Source: Spironucleus salmonicida (taxonomy: Eukaryota). Taken from it: DNA of 64,000 bases. The position numbers and the translations under genes were made by a program. The notes beneath the pieces are model-generated. The model searched no databases. It worked only from the letters and a program-made list of their open reading frames with translations, and had not been told where the DNA came from. Location of the stretch: contig NC_090597.1 of NCBI RefSeq assembly GCF_000497125.1, positions 941,797 to 1,005,796 of the forward strand, read 5' to 3'. Within the stretch, counting starts at the first letter, position 1; each line of letters opens with the position of its first letter. Of this stretch, positions 11,584 through 23,470 are shown in pieces.

Positions 11584-12930
11584 TCATTCAGCAGTCATAA
11601 CGCCAGAGCCGAACCTCACCTCGGAGCCCTTCTCGGCTTCGCTGCTCGCAGCTGGTGCAGAGCCGGTAAGGATCATCTGGATTTCTTCCTGGGTCTTGCC
11701 CTTCGTCTCAGGAGTGGTAAAGAGCAATACAGCGGTTGTGATTCCCATAACTATCAAATAGGTAACGAAGGGAGACCACGCGGCCGCTTTGGTAAGAATT
11801 GGGAATAGAACAACGACAAAGATGTTGGGGATATAGTTGAAGCTGAGCAGGATTGAAGACAGAAGAGACTTGGCTTCAACTGGGAATAGTTCGGAAGCAA
11901 AAACGAAAAAGATGGGACCGGGTCCAATTTCGAACCCGATGATGAAGAAGATGGAGGCAGTAATGAGAAGGGCAGTATTGGATTTCGCGAGGATATAGTT
12001 GATCATGAGGGCGACCTGGGCAACGAAGCAGATGCCGACACCGCCGAAGAGGAGGATCTTGCGGCCGAGCTTCTCGATGAAGGCCAGGGCGCCGAGGGTA
12101 GCCACAAAGTTGACACCGTTGATAATGATGGAGCCGAAGACGGAGGACAAGGGATGGACACCGCCCCCTGAGGTTTTGAAGGTATCTTTGAAGGTCTCAG
12201 TGGCGTAGACGATAACGGCGTTGATACCTGTACATTATTAGTTGAGACCAAGCATGACAGAGAGGATAAGGACCTTGAGGTACTTTTTCTCCTTGAACAA
12301 GAGCATGGGGGAGATTTCCTTCTCTTCTCTGGGTTTGACATCAGGTACAAAGAAGAGTAAGACAAAGCCCATGAGAGGCCATATGAAAGTAACAACAAAG
12401 TTGACCCACCATGCATTATATTTATCTTGATAAGTACGGATGGCAAGTAAGACTAAGGACGCAACCAATATACCAAGGGTGACGTTGAATTGGAACATGA
12501 CACCGAGGAGACCTCTCTTGCTGGACTCTGCGTGCTCACCGACGATGATGATGCTGGGCTGCTAGAATAATACGACAAAGAAGCCGGCAAAAAGCCTCAT
12601 AACCATCCAGTAGTATACATTGAAAGGGATGCAGAGGAGAACATTGAAGATAACAGATCCGGCAGCTCCGACTAAGCCTGTCTTCTTGTAGCCTAACCAG
12701 CTGACAATAGGAGCGAAGGTGAGAGAAGCGAGTAGGAAGCCTACCAGGGAGGCGATAGATAGATAGGGTAGTAAAGTTTGCACAGCAGCATCAGCAGCTG
12801 TAAAATTATTGGAAGTACCAATAGCCATATAGTAAAGTTTGATGATATCAGAGGAAAAGTTTGCAATGGTGAAGCCGAGCGTCTCGGCTGTTAACGACTA
12901 AATTGCGAACAAAATTCCGAATGAAACCAT
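11584..12930 (-). CDS. Sugar porter family MFS transporter (hexose transporter-like), 448 aa
   Basis: Three ORF-track pieces join in one frame when TAR=Gln, starting MVSFGILFAIQSLTAE. Sugar-porter motifs: GE..SKRGLLGVMFQ, NQQCTGINAVIVYA (QQ encoded TAA TAA), IEKLGRK, GPGPIFF..SELFP, PETKGKT. Many hydrophobic helices. Confidence 0.95.
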
Positions 12931-12934
12931 TTAT

Positions 12935-12947
12935 GAGGAATGGGAAG
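12935..12947 (-). promoter_or_regulatory. C-rich motif just upstream of the transporter ATG
   Basis: Minus strand reads cttcccattcctc-ataaATG within very AT-rich DNA. A C-rich element near start codons has been described for Spironucleus (from recollection). Confidence 0.45.
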
Positions 12948-14589
12948 ATATTTTAAAAACTTCAATAATCACTTTAATACACTTATAAGAATTTAATCGT
13001 TAAAGATCCAATATTTTCGTATATGTTTTTATATATTATATTAGATTAGTTAGCATAAGTTACTTACTTCATGTTTTTTGTAATCATATGTTTTTATAGC
13101 AAATTAAAAACTAAATTGAACACATAATAAAGATTTTTACATACATATAATAGTATAAAAATGAAAACTTAAAAAACAAATATTATTTAATTAATTATCT
13201 AAATATATTATATTTCACAAACTTATAGACTATAAGTATTAATTAAGTTTTTAATTGTATTGTATTTTAGTTTTATTATCCACATATATTCTATCTTTAC
13301 CAATATGCAAATATAATAAATATTATAGTTACTCTACCTCAAATGTACTACTTTAAATACATTATTATAGTTATAGTAGTTAATTTTAGCATTTTGACAT
13401 ATTAACTTGCTAAGTATTTGTATTATAGTTTTTAAACACTAAAATTATTAATTTTAGCATATTCATGTTAATAAGAAATATTAATAGTTATTACTCTCAC
13501 TAAAATTTTATAATGGTAAACTATCATTGGTCTGATATAGAGGAGGTCACTCTTTGTAATCTCGTCAAAGCTTAAGGTAAATAATGGTATAACATATAAT
13601 AAATTTATTTTCCATAGTTGACTGTCAATTAAATTAAATCCAAATCTTCTATCTTTAAAAAAAAACTGAAAACAAGTTTAACACTCGTGATGATATAAAG
13701 GAATTTATAGCTAATTGTAATACTCTAAAAAGGAAATCAAGACATCATTTATTGAACGAAATTATTCAAATATTTGGTAATTAATGATTATTATTGTTTA
13801 TCAAAAATAAAAACGTCTTACTTGTTATCTTTAATTACATACTATCAGTATATTTCTTACAGTAGTATCTATACAATCATTAACTAATTTTTGATACAAA
13901 TCAAATAAAACTCTCCACAGCAAATTATCTGCATGATTTTATTATGAATTTACAAACTTATACTAATTATTTCATCTATTACTAATTGAATTTACCCTCT
14001 GAAAGAAACATAGAATTTCTAAATATTTATTGCATGAATTTTTTCACACTAATTTTACTCCATACTACCTTATTATTAACATATCCTTCATATTATTCCA
14101 AAACAAACCCCAATCTAAGTTTCTCAAAAACCCTTACTTACATTGCTCTCTTATCAAAATCACAATACCCCTTCACAATAATATAAATATTCCCCTTCCC
14201 TATTAACCCAACTCACATCTCCATTAACCCAATACTATCATCAACTACGATCCCCATCCACTATTTTTGACTACAACCAAATATGTAAAAACTGAAATTT
14301 ACATTACTAGCATTATTATACAGTAATTATCATTTTTCCCTTCCTATTTCCCCAAGTTTCGACCGTCCACATCCGCTTCGCCTGGTAAATTACTACTCAG
14401 TTGCAGCGAGATGTATCGAAATCCGCATCTGACCCTTAAATTCCCGATTCGCCCTGTAATTCTGCACCGCTTCAGGCGCTCAAATTACCACCAATTTCGC
14501 ACTTTTTTGTCTGAAAATTTTGTGTTCCAACTGCCGCAAAAAGCAGATTTTGGCATCTACAAAAAATACAAATCGCTGCACTGCACTGC

Positions 14590-14692
14590 GCATAATATTA
14601 CTATATATAATATTATACTACTATACTTAATATTATATTATTATACATAATATTACATAACATAATATAATATACCATACCATACCACATCA
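14590..14692. repeat. Low-complexity ~5-nt periodic tract (TATTA/CATAA/CATAC) downstream of the large minus-strand gene
   Basis: cataatattactatatataatattatactactatacttaatattatatta...ataccataccatac; repeated at ~45069-45171. Confidence 0.5.
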
Positions 14693-14714
14693 TCCTTTCC
14701 CAGACGCCGTTATA

Positions 14715-17700
14715 TCACTCTGATTTCAACATCACAAGGCAGCTTACCTCGTTCTTGCCGTACCCGGACGCGTCCAGCCACTGCAGCTGGATCTCGTTGT
14801 TGCTGTACACGTACTTGTAATCGCTATACGGCTCCGCACGCAGGCTCTTGCTGTTCATGCTCTCGAGCCAAAAGAACGTGCCCTGTACAACGAAATTCGT
14901 GTGGTACGTTCTGTGAGAATTGTTACCAGAAATCAGCTCGCATGGTTAGTTTACTTCGCCTTTCTCAATAAGCGGTGCCTTTAAAATCAAGCGTACTGGC
15001 ACATTGCTCTAGAAGAGGAAGCTCGCGCTGAACTCATATCCAAGCAAATTTACTAGAGCCGCAATATCAAGCGGTTTGCGCGCTATAAAGAAATTGGCGA
15101 ACTAAAGATTAACGTTTAGCTGCTAAAGTAGGAGCTCACGATAGTTTAAAACAACTTATTAGTTATCTTTTATATGATTTAATGGGTAGTAGATCTAGTA
15201 GGTGCTGAGGAAAAGTTACTGGAGCTCTTGGGGAGACATATTAGTAAAATCTGCGCTGTCATTAAAGGCAACAATATTCCTGCAATCTAGTTTTTCGTTC
15301 ATAGCATAATTTAAAAGTTCCGTCAAACTAGACGCCGGGGTCGAGTTCAAGACGTTCTTGCAGCTTGTTATTAAATTTTAAAAATCTTCCAAATTGACCA
15401 CATCTTAACTGAAAAGGACAACGGATGCGATATTGATATCCCTACAAACCAGACGCTGATTGACAATCTCAGCTGAGAATTTATTTTTAATCAGCCTCGA
15501 AAATTCTTTATATGCGCTATCAATGTCGCTAAACTGCTACTAATATCTCTTTTTCCTTTAAAACTACTATAGCTCGCTTAAATCTAAAGAATCTCTTATC
15601 TACAGATTATCATAATATGTTTTCAAATTAAATGAATTATCCGTGTCATATTCTAGTCTATACTAATGATACTAAACCGTGCTACTAGAAATTTAACGAA
15701 TAAAAATAAGAGAAAGTGACACTGAGTTATAGACAACTTACCCCTGACAGTGAGAAAAGTTGTTCTAAAACTGCACCGGATTTGCTGCTTTTACAATAGT
15801 AGGAGAAACCTCAGCAAAAAACGCCGGAGTTTCGAGTTTCTGCACTTTCGGTTACCTAATAACTAATTTTTCAGCATTTTCACACTTCATAATCGCCCGA
15901 AGCCTAGCTACAAATTTTCCAAACTGCTAAGTCCCAGATTTGCCGATAAGTCGATTTTCGACATACTCCAAAACGTTAATCCCCTCGATTTACGCCGAAA
16001 TCAGCATTTCATCCGTAACCTACTCCTTGAAAAATGTTGAAATCACCTCCAAACACCGCAAATGCGTAGTTAAGGAAAACACGTTAATAACGTATTATAA
16101 CGCCTTCATATTGCAATCATAATATCCCAAACTCGCCTAAAGCACCTCAATCTACTCCCCAGCAACCTCTTTTTAATCTCCTAGAATTCCTATGCATACC
16201 CTCTAAATAGCATGAAAATACGTGAATTTACACACAAACTTATCCAAACTGTAGCACTAATCGCCGTAAATGTTAACTAACTGAATGAGCTTCAATTTAT
16301 CCTCGTCGCAAAGCGCGTAATTCGCACGCTCGCAAACGGTCACAGTCCGAGGGTTAAATTGGACGATTTATTTCACATTTTCAAACAAATTTTTATGTTG
16401 AAAAAGACCGAATTCGATCGCAAATTCGCTCAATTTCACCAAATCCGTTTCGAAAAACCAGTCGTTTACGAGCGAGGTCGCGAACAATTTCGCGGTCTAA
16501 AAGTTTTAAAAGATGAATTCTCTGCAGAGGAAATTCTTGAATTTTGCCATTTCTCCGCGGCTGTCAATTCGCAGGATTTCCTGCGTTAGCTGGAGCGTAG
16601 TTATGAGGTTTGGGTCGCAAAGTTGCGTTATTTGCGTCAAATTGAAGGTAGTTAAAAAGCGAGAAAGGGGTGGAGCGGAAAAGGAAGGGGTGGATGGGAG
16701 AGGAGCGGAAACTCGACTTACCTCAGCGCCCTGATCGGCCAGAAACCAAACGATCTCGAAGTCCAAATGCTCCATCAGCGCGAAAAGCGACGTCCCGGCG
16801 TCGATACGCTTCAGGCCCACGCCCTGTTGGACTAAAAATTCGAACGCTGGAAGGGAGGTGATATAATGAACTGGCGAGAGCCCCTGCGCGTTGAGCAGCA
16901 GCATTGCGGGGGCTAATGCGGTGTGCTTTTGCACGGCCTCCAGGACCTACTTCTAGCTGATTTGAGTACTTTATGGCATTTAATGTACATTCTATTATCT
17001 CGAACTCGCTGTCTGCTCCACTTCTCTACCATCTCTGAGCGCGATGTGCGCGCAGGTGTCCAGATTTTTATTGATGGCCCCCTCCAAGAAAAGCTCGTAA
17101 ATGGGGCTGGGAGAGCGCTGCAGCAGCTCCTCGAACAAAATTTTGCCGCCTTTTGACTTCAACGCCTTTAGAATGCTCAGTTGGGCGTCAGAAAACAGCT
17201 GCAGGAATATGACCACGTCGTCGCGCTGCAGCTAATTTGCAACTATAAAAAATAAGTAATCGGTGTGCGAATTCTCCATCATGAGGTCGTAAAACTTCGT
17301 CTTCAACATGGTCTTCAGGTGCTGAATTAGAGCAATGAGTAGCTGAGAAGAATTACGCGCAAAGCCCTGAACGGCGATTGAGTAGCTCGTAAATTTGAGC
17401 TGCAGAAGAGTATTTGCGAGTTTCACGGCTTCGGATGGCTGCGACAGATGTATAGAATTGAAAAGGGAAAAGATGTCGCTGCTTGTCAGCTGCAACTCAA
17501 CAGATCTTTTTACAATTTTTTCCAGCAGATAGAAATTCGCGCGGACGGTAAAAGTCTTACTTACGATGCTAGATGAGGTGCTTTAAAGCTGAACTTGAGG
17601 GGATTTCGCTAAATAAAACTCCTCGATGTCAGATTGCAGCTTTGCGAGCTGATTTTCTGGCAAAGGAGCGCAAACAGCTCCTTCGCTATGTCTTGGACGA

Positions 17701-17777
17701 TAGTTAGCGATTAGAATGTCAATCTAGGAAACTGTAAATTTGTATACGTTTTCCGCCAAAACATCCGATAAGAACAT
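14715..17777 (-). CDS. Large hypothetical protein (~1020 aa) with an ankyrin-repeat-like segment; true start may be 18120
   Basis: One frame with no TGA from ATG 17777 (MFLSDVLAENVYKF) to ...VMLKSE-TGA (14717-14715, AGTGA context). It includes ORF-track pieces 17232-17495, 16995-17216 and 16506-16934. The segment NAQGLSPVHY..FEFLVQQGV..GTSLFALMEHLDFEIVWFLADQGAEV resembles ankyrin repeats. Confidence 0.8.
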
Positions 17778-18120
17778 ATACGGGTTCGAAGATGTCCGTA
17801 AAGTGTGCGATGTCGCCTATTCTTATCAGCTCGGGAAGTGCAGACGGGAAGAACAGGCTAGTTCCAGGCTACTCAAACTTTACAACAGATACTTTTTGCT
17901 GATTGAGCTTCTTGTAGGAAAATCCAGGTGTCAGTGTGGGCATAGTTATGTCAGACTGCACCTGGTAGAGGCTCTGATTAGACACAACATAGTCGTTACG
18001 CCGCAGCAAAAATTTTCTCGGCTTGAAGATTTTATGGACGGTCAGAGAATACTGCTGGTCGTTAACAGTTAGCTACTGGAACTTGCCTCTGTTGGAAAAT
18101 TTGGACTGCGTGATCAGCAT
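17719..18120 (-). CDS. 133-aa hypothetical ORF overlapping the start of the large gene in another frame (separate gene or its 5' part)
   Basis: ATG 18120 (MLITQSKFSNRGKFQQLTVNDQQYSL) in cacaaaATG context at a sharp AT-to-GC boundary. It ends ...IQIYSFLD-TGA at 17721-17719. Confidence 0.6.
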
Positions 18121-18125
18121 TTTGT

Positions 18126-18137
18126 GAAGTGGGGAAC
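18126..18137 (-). promoter_or_regulatory. C-rich motif upstream of ATG 18120
   Basis: Minus strand reads gttccccacttc-acaaaATG, with similar position and composition to the motif before the transporter. Confidence 0.45.
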
Positions 18138-18738
18138 AAGGTAAATATCGTTATTATATCAAATACAAAGTATTTTTTAATTGTGATATTTATTGAATAT
18201 GGTTTAATAATACAGAACTACCTGTAAACGTTTATTCTATATAAATTTAATAAAATCTAATTCGGCCGTTATCTCCATATTGGTAAAATTCCCATACTAT
18301 TCTCAAAAAACACCGTATTTCTATCGCTATATTTTGAAACGAACTTTATCTAAACATAAATATATTTGTGAATCCTGTGAATTTTATTACTATTATAACT
18401 AGTATAATGCAAAAAATACATTACTTTCCTACAATTTTGTAAACTTCTATAGTTGCTCAAAACTTTCAAATCCTACCAATCCGCTCTACATACCACTTGA
18501 ATAAATCAATTTTAGTCATTATTTCGACCGTTAAACTCGAATTAGCACACCCACCAAAATCTTTAGTATTTTCCTCCACTCCCCTTGTAACAAATTTCAT
18601 TTTTTTGATTTGCTATACCGAATTTATCACGTTCCTCTTTTACATTAGCATGAAAAAATAAACTAATTATACTATTTAATGTATATTATTTATATATTAT
18701 TCCATTCCAAGTTCTGATTTCGCTCCAAAATTCATTAA

Positions 18739-19861
18739 ATGAACACGCCCATACTGAAATCCAACGCGTCCACCAATTGCACAACCACACCTAAATGCGC
18801 CCTCGTAGCTACTTATCCTACAGGCTACCATTGGAGAGGCCTAAAATTCGTCTGAGTACGTCTCACAAACGCTCATGCGCGCCATGCGTTCCCTGCACCC
18901 TTCTCGCCCTCACTGATGCAGTAGTACTACCTGCCTGAAATCAGCTCGCTGGAGAACCCAGTGTACATGAACCAGTCGTTTCAAGCGATTGCCTGTCTTG
19001 GGCTGACGGTAAGTTTATTAGCGCAAATACCTGCACAGCCTGCGATGGTAAATGTTCTCAGTGTGTTAATAGGGCTACTGAGTGTAGCGAGTGCAAACCT
19101 GGAAATATTCTTTCTGGAACCACCTGCGAGGCCTGTACTGCAAACTGCGCTAATTGGCCTGAAGACAAAGCAGTATGCTAAATATGCTCGAATGGCTACT
19201 TTTTAAAAGACGACTAATGCGCTACTTGTTCTGGGAATACTACTGCAAAATGCTAGTGCGGTTAAGCCGTCAATTGTGCTACCTGTGACTCTTCAGACTC
19301 ATTAAAATGCGGCACCTGTCCTACCGGATTCACTAAGTAAAGGTTAGGTTATTGCGATCAGTGCGCACATGGTTACTTCGGTGTCGGCAATGACTGTGCG
19401 AAGTGCAGCTAATCCTGCAAGACCTGCATGAAAATCACTGAAACGTGCATATCCTGCAATGATAAGTTTACAATGAGCATCAATCAGACCGGCGAGGTGA
19501 ACTGTTCCGATCCTGTTACCGAAGGAAAAGCTTGCGCTTCAAGGGTGGAAGTATCCTGCGGAAGCGAGTAGTAGATCACCACCTGTAAATGCTAAACTGC
19601 GCTTAATTGCTTAGAGTGCAACAGCGAGGATCCTACAAAGTGCAAGTTGTCCATGAAAGTATTCAAATTCGAATATGGGCTCTGTACTATTTGCGAAGAC
19701 GGTTACGATAGCCTGGGGGACTTTTGCTTCGCGTATTAAGCAAATTCAGGTAGAAATCTGTCAGGTGGCGCAGTAGCAGGTATCGTGGTCGCAGTATTAG
19801 TAGTTTATGCGCAGTTTGAGGTGGCCTTGCATATTACTTCATCAAGAAGGCCAAGAAGTGA
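18739..19861 (+). pseudogene. CRMP pseudogene (degenerate 5' end, Cys losses, frameshift and TGA in the TM segment)
   Basis: CXXC frame from ~18973 (SDCLSWADGKFISANTCTACDGKCSQC...) to NLSGGAVAGIVVAVLVV, then a frameshift to [18 protein letters not shown] (19859-19861). Confidence 0.85.
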
Positions 19862-20805
19862 AAAGTATTTTCATTTTTCACATTAGTATTTATTATTATT
19901 ATATAGATACATATGAAATTATTATTTTATCACCCATCTAAACTATATCAACAAGACTCAGCTGAGTTGCTATACTACCAAATCCAGGCTTCTAGTAGGT
20001 TCCTAGTCAAATGCTAGACATCTGGGAAGTTTTCTTAACTTTTTCAAAATATATTATAATAAGTTAAGTTGTTTATAGGATATAGAGTTTACCAATTATA
20101 CTATTGTGTTAATATTTTGAGATTATAGAAATAGCACCATTGGACGGTTTAGCGTAACATGTATGAGTATAATACTATTTTTAATACAATAATCACGCCT
20201 TAAGGTAATCTTTGGGTGTAGGTTTATACTATTCAATAGATTAAATTTATATAATCTTCATTTTCAACTAATGGGTAGAGAATATAAAACAATACTATTA
20301 TATAAAATATCATTTTCCAATATTTTATCTTATTCCAAATGAAAGTATTTAAAATTTTAAGTTTCATAAATACGAAATTTTTAACTTAATTTAATATTAA
20401 TTTAAGTTTTTAAACAGAAAAGCACAATTTATCAATCTCCAAATATTTTATTCATATAATCAGTAAAAATACTTCTATACTAGACATAACCAATTAAAAT
20501 AACTATATTTTAATGAAAATGCAAATACTTTCGTTTTCTCAAACTAGATATGCTAAATTTAGCAAATGTAAAAATATATTAAACTCTTGAATATTAATTA
20601 TAGCATATGTTTCAAAATCCTCAGAATTCTAAAACTTACTATTTATATATTATTTATCCTTATTCAAATCACACTATTGTATCTAAATTTAGACACTGAT
20701 ACTTTAAGTATATATAACATAATAAGTTAATTGGAGAAACAAAATCTTACCAATGATCCATATAATCATTTATACCTGGCATAACGGAAAATCATATCGC
20801 TTAGA

Positions 20806-22689
20806 ATGCTAGGCACCTGCTCTAGCACTACTAACAACTGCACAGGAAAAAGTTTCTGTCCAGACTAACCTGGTAAGCTCACTGATTGCCTGCCCTGCAA
20901 AGATGAATGTCTCACATGCTCGGGACCCTCTGCTAGTAACGCAATTTGCGAAACTTGCCGTCCTGGAATGTACCTTACGGACCGCGATACTTGTGACGAC
21001 TGCGATACGAAATGTCTCACCTGCGCAAGTTACAAGAATGCATGTACAAGTTGCAGGGTAGGGGAGAAACTGAGCTCTGATGAGTGCTTTACGGCGTGTA
21101 CATCTAATTCCGACTGCGCTAGCAACCAGTTTTGCGAGAATAAGCTGTGTTATACCTGCTTAAGTAATTGCGCTACGTGTGCAGACACGACATTCCACTG
21201 TACGAGCTGTTCTAATGGAAGCGGTCTTGTACGTGGTTACTGCAGGAAATGTACTGCTAGTAATTGCGATAACTGCGACGGATAACTTAACACCTGTAAA
21301 AAATGTAGTCCTGGTTTTAGACTATAAGGTACCTCCTGCTAGCCATGCTCAGTTACGAATTGTGCGAATTGCGATGCAAATAAAGATATCTGCAATATAT
21401 GCAAAAATAACTTCAGTATGAACAACAATACCTGTTCTGAATGTGCTCAAAATCTTAACTAAAAATGTTAATGCGGCATGGCCGAGAATTGCACTACATG
21501 CGGTGCTAACAATTCTGGCGTTTGCGGAAGCTGCTTGCCAGGATTTTTCAAGGGGGGAGATACAGGGAGTGATACTTGCATTGCGTGCCCTGTCAACTGC
21601 ACAACCTGTACTTCTAGCTCCGTTTGCACCGCTTGCGAGGATCGGTTTTCTATCGATGGTAATAACTGCGTAGCCTGCGCCGACGCAAACTGCAATACCT
21701 GCTCAACTAACAAAAACACATGCACGGCATGCAAAGATGGCTTTGTATAATAAAGCGGCAAATGCGAAAAACTATGCAAACCAGATGACGGCACCTGCGC
21801 TATGGACCAAATCTGCGATAAGATCTGCAAAACCTGTACCGGCAACTGCGCTACGTGTAAGGACTCTGTAGACAAGTGCGTGACCTGCAAATCTGGGTTT
21901 ACTTTAGAAGACGATAAATGTGAAGCGTGCCCAAACAACTGCGCGAACTGCGACGACAATAAAGCCACCTGCACGCTTTGCAGGGACAACTTTTTCGTCG
22001 AAGATAATATCTGTACTAAGTGTGAGGGAAACACGACAAAACAGTGCAAGTGCGGGGAAGCAGTTAATTGTGCTACCTGCGATACTTCCAATAAAGAAAA
22101 ATGTGAAACCTGTATCACCGGCTACAAAAAGGCTACAGGAGACACCTGCTCTACCTGCTCAGATGGTTATCTGATGGTCGATATGATCTGTACAAAATGC
22201 AATCCCAAGTGCGCAAGATGCTCCAAAAGCCTCGAAAAGTGTGACACCTGCGCCAGTTCGTACACAATGAGCATCAACTAGACGTGCGAGAAGGATTGCA
22301 CGGTTAAACTGACAGATGATAAGGTGTGCACGACCGAAAATATAGTGGATTGTGGAGGCACCGATCAGATAACTGCATGTAAATGTGGCACTACTGGAAA
22401 TTGCTTCAAATGCGGTGGTTCGGATAAGGAAAAATGCGAGTCCTGCATGACAGGCTACAAATTAGAAAATCAACAGTGCACTACCTGCGTGGATGGGGCC
22501 ACCGCGGTGGGTACTTTCTGCTTCCTCTAGGGCGAAAAGACCGATGTCAACCTCTCTAGTGGCGCAGTTGCAGGCATTATCATCGCGGTTTTGCTCGTGG
22601 TGGGAGGAGTCGCCGGTGGTGTTTTCTGGTGCATGAAGAAGTCCAAGGTTAATTCGGAGATTGAGACATCGAAGTCTAACATTAAGTGA
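20806..22689 (+). CDS. Intact cysteine-rich membrane protein (CRMP), 627 aa, long-tail type
   Basis: MLGTCSSTTNNCTGKSFCP... with no in-frame TGA. CXXC-rich, TM LSSGAVAGIIIAVLLVVGGVAGGVFWCM, tail KKSKVNSEIETSKSNIK-TGA. Confidence 0.93.
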
Positions 22690-23230
22690 TAATTTACTTG
22701 ATATCTGAGTTTAGGGGAAATATGGCGGCATTAAAGGTTAAAGTATTCTAGAGGGATAAATTACCAATCATTATTAAATTTCTAAACCGATCTAGATTTT
22801 GTTTGGGGACAGCGGCACATATGTTTCTATTGGAGATGAATCATTGTATGAGCAACCCTGATATTTTTAAATACGAGAAGTTAGTGATAATCAATATAAT
22901 TAATTTGGTAAATTCAACAAGCTCGAGTGTTTTCCAATAATACTTATCAGCACAGAAATAAATTGTGAAATTATATTTCATAGTTAGTTAGGAGTTCTAG
23001 ACCTGACCTTGTTAGGGGAGGTATACCCGATGTCAACTTTGGAAGAGTACGCTGCTTGTTTCGCTAAATTTGTGATTTGCATTTCTACTTGCAGTTCAGA
23101 TATAGATGTTTATAATTCTATGCATGGTATATAATATTAACTTTAGATGTTCCTAACGTGAAAAGTTACGTCCTTAATGTATTAGTATATTAATATACAA
23201 GAATAAATTTGCAACATCCTAAAACGCCAA

Positions 23231-23470
23231 TCACATGAAGTCAGACGTCTTCCCTAGCGCCAGCTGGCCGTTCAGCTAGTCCAACCGCTCATCCAGCCCG
23301 TACAGCTCCACCTTCATCCTGGAGTGGGCCTCGAACAACGGCTTGGCGATGGAACACGGAATCACACGCCTTGTGGTGTGTCTGGAGTCATGACTTAGGT
23401 CTATGCATGAACTGTGGTGCTACAGGTTCATCTCACGGTGTAGGTGCATTCCGGCCGCATAGAACGTCAT
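23231..23470 (-). other. GC-rich 79-codon ORF, possible small gene or gene fragment
   Basis: MTFYAAGMHLHREMNLQHH...RMKVELYGLDERLDQLNGQLALGKTSDFM-TGA coincides with a GC-rich island. No family recognised. Confidence 0.3.

Noticed and set aside
12003-12446. Ser-rich 147-aa alternative ORF in the transporter
   Set aside because: Off-frame shadow of the transporter's biased codon usage.
14340-14650. ORF-track 79-aa ORF and a moderately GC-rich patch
   Set aside because: It runs into a low-complexity tract and has no motif; ORFs of this size arise by chance.
1936-22530. Treating the many TAA/TAG codons as nonsense mutations
   Set aside because: They fall at Gln positions and frames continue unbroken, which is explained by the genetic code.
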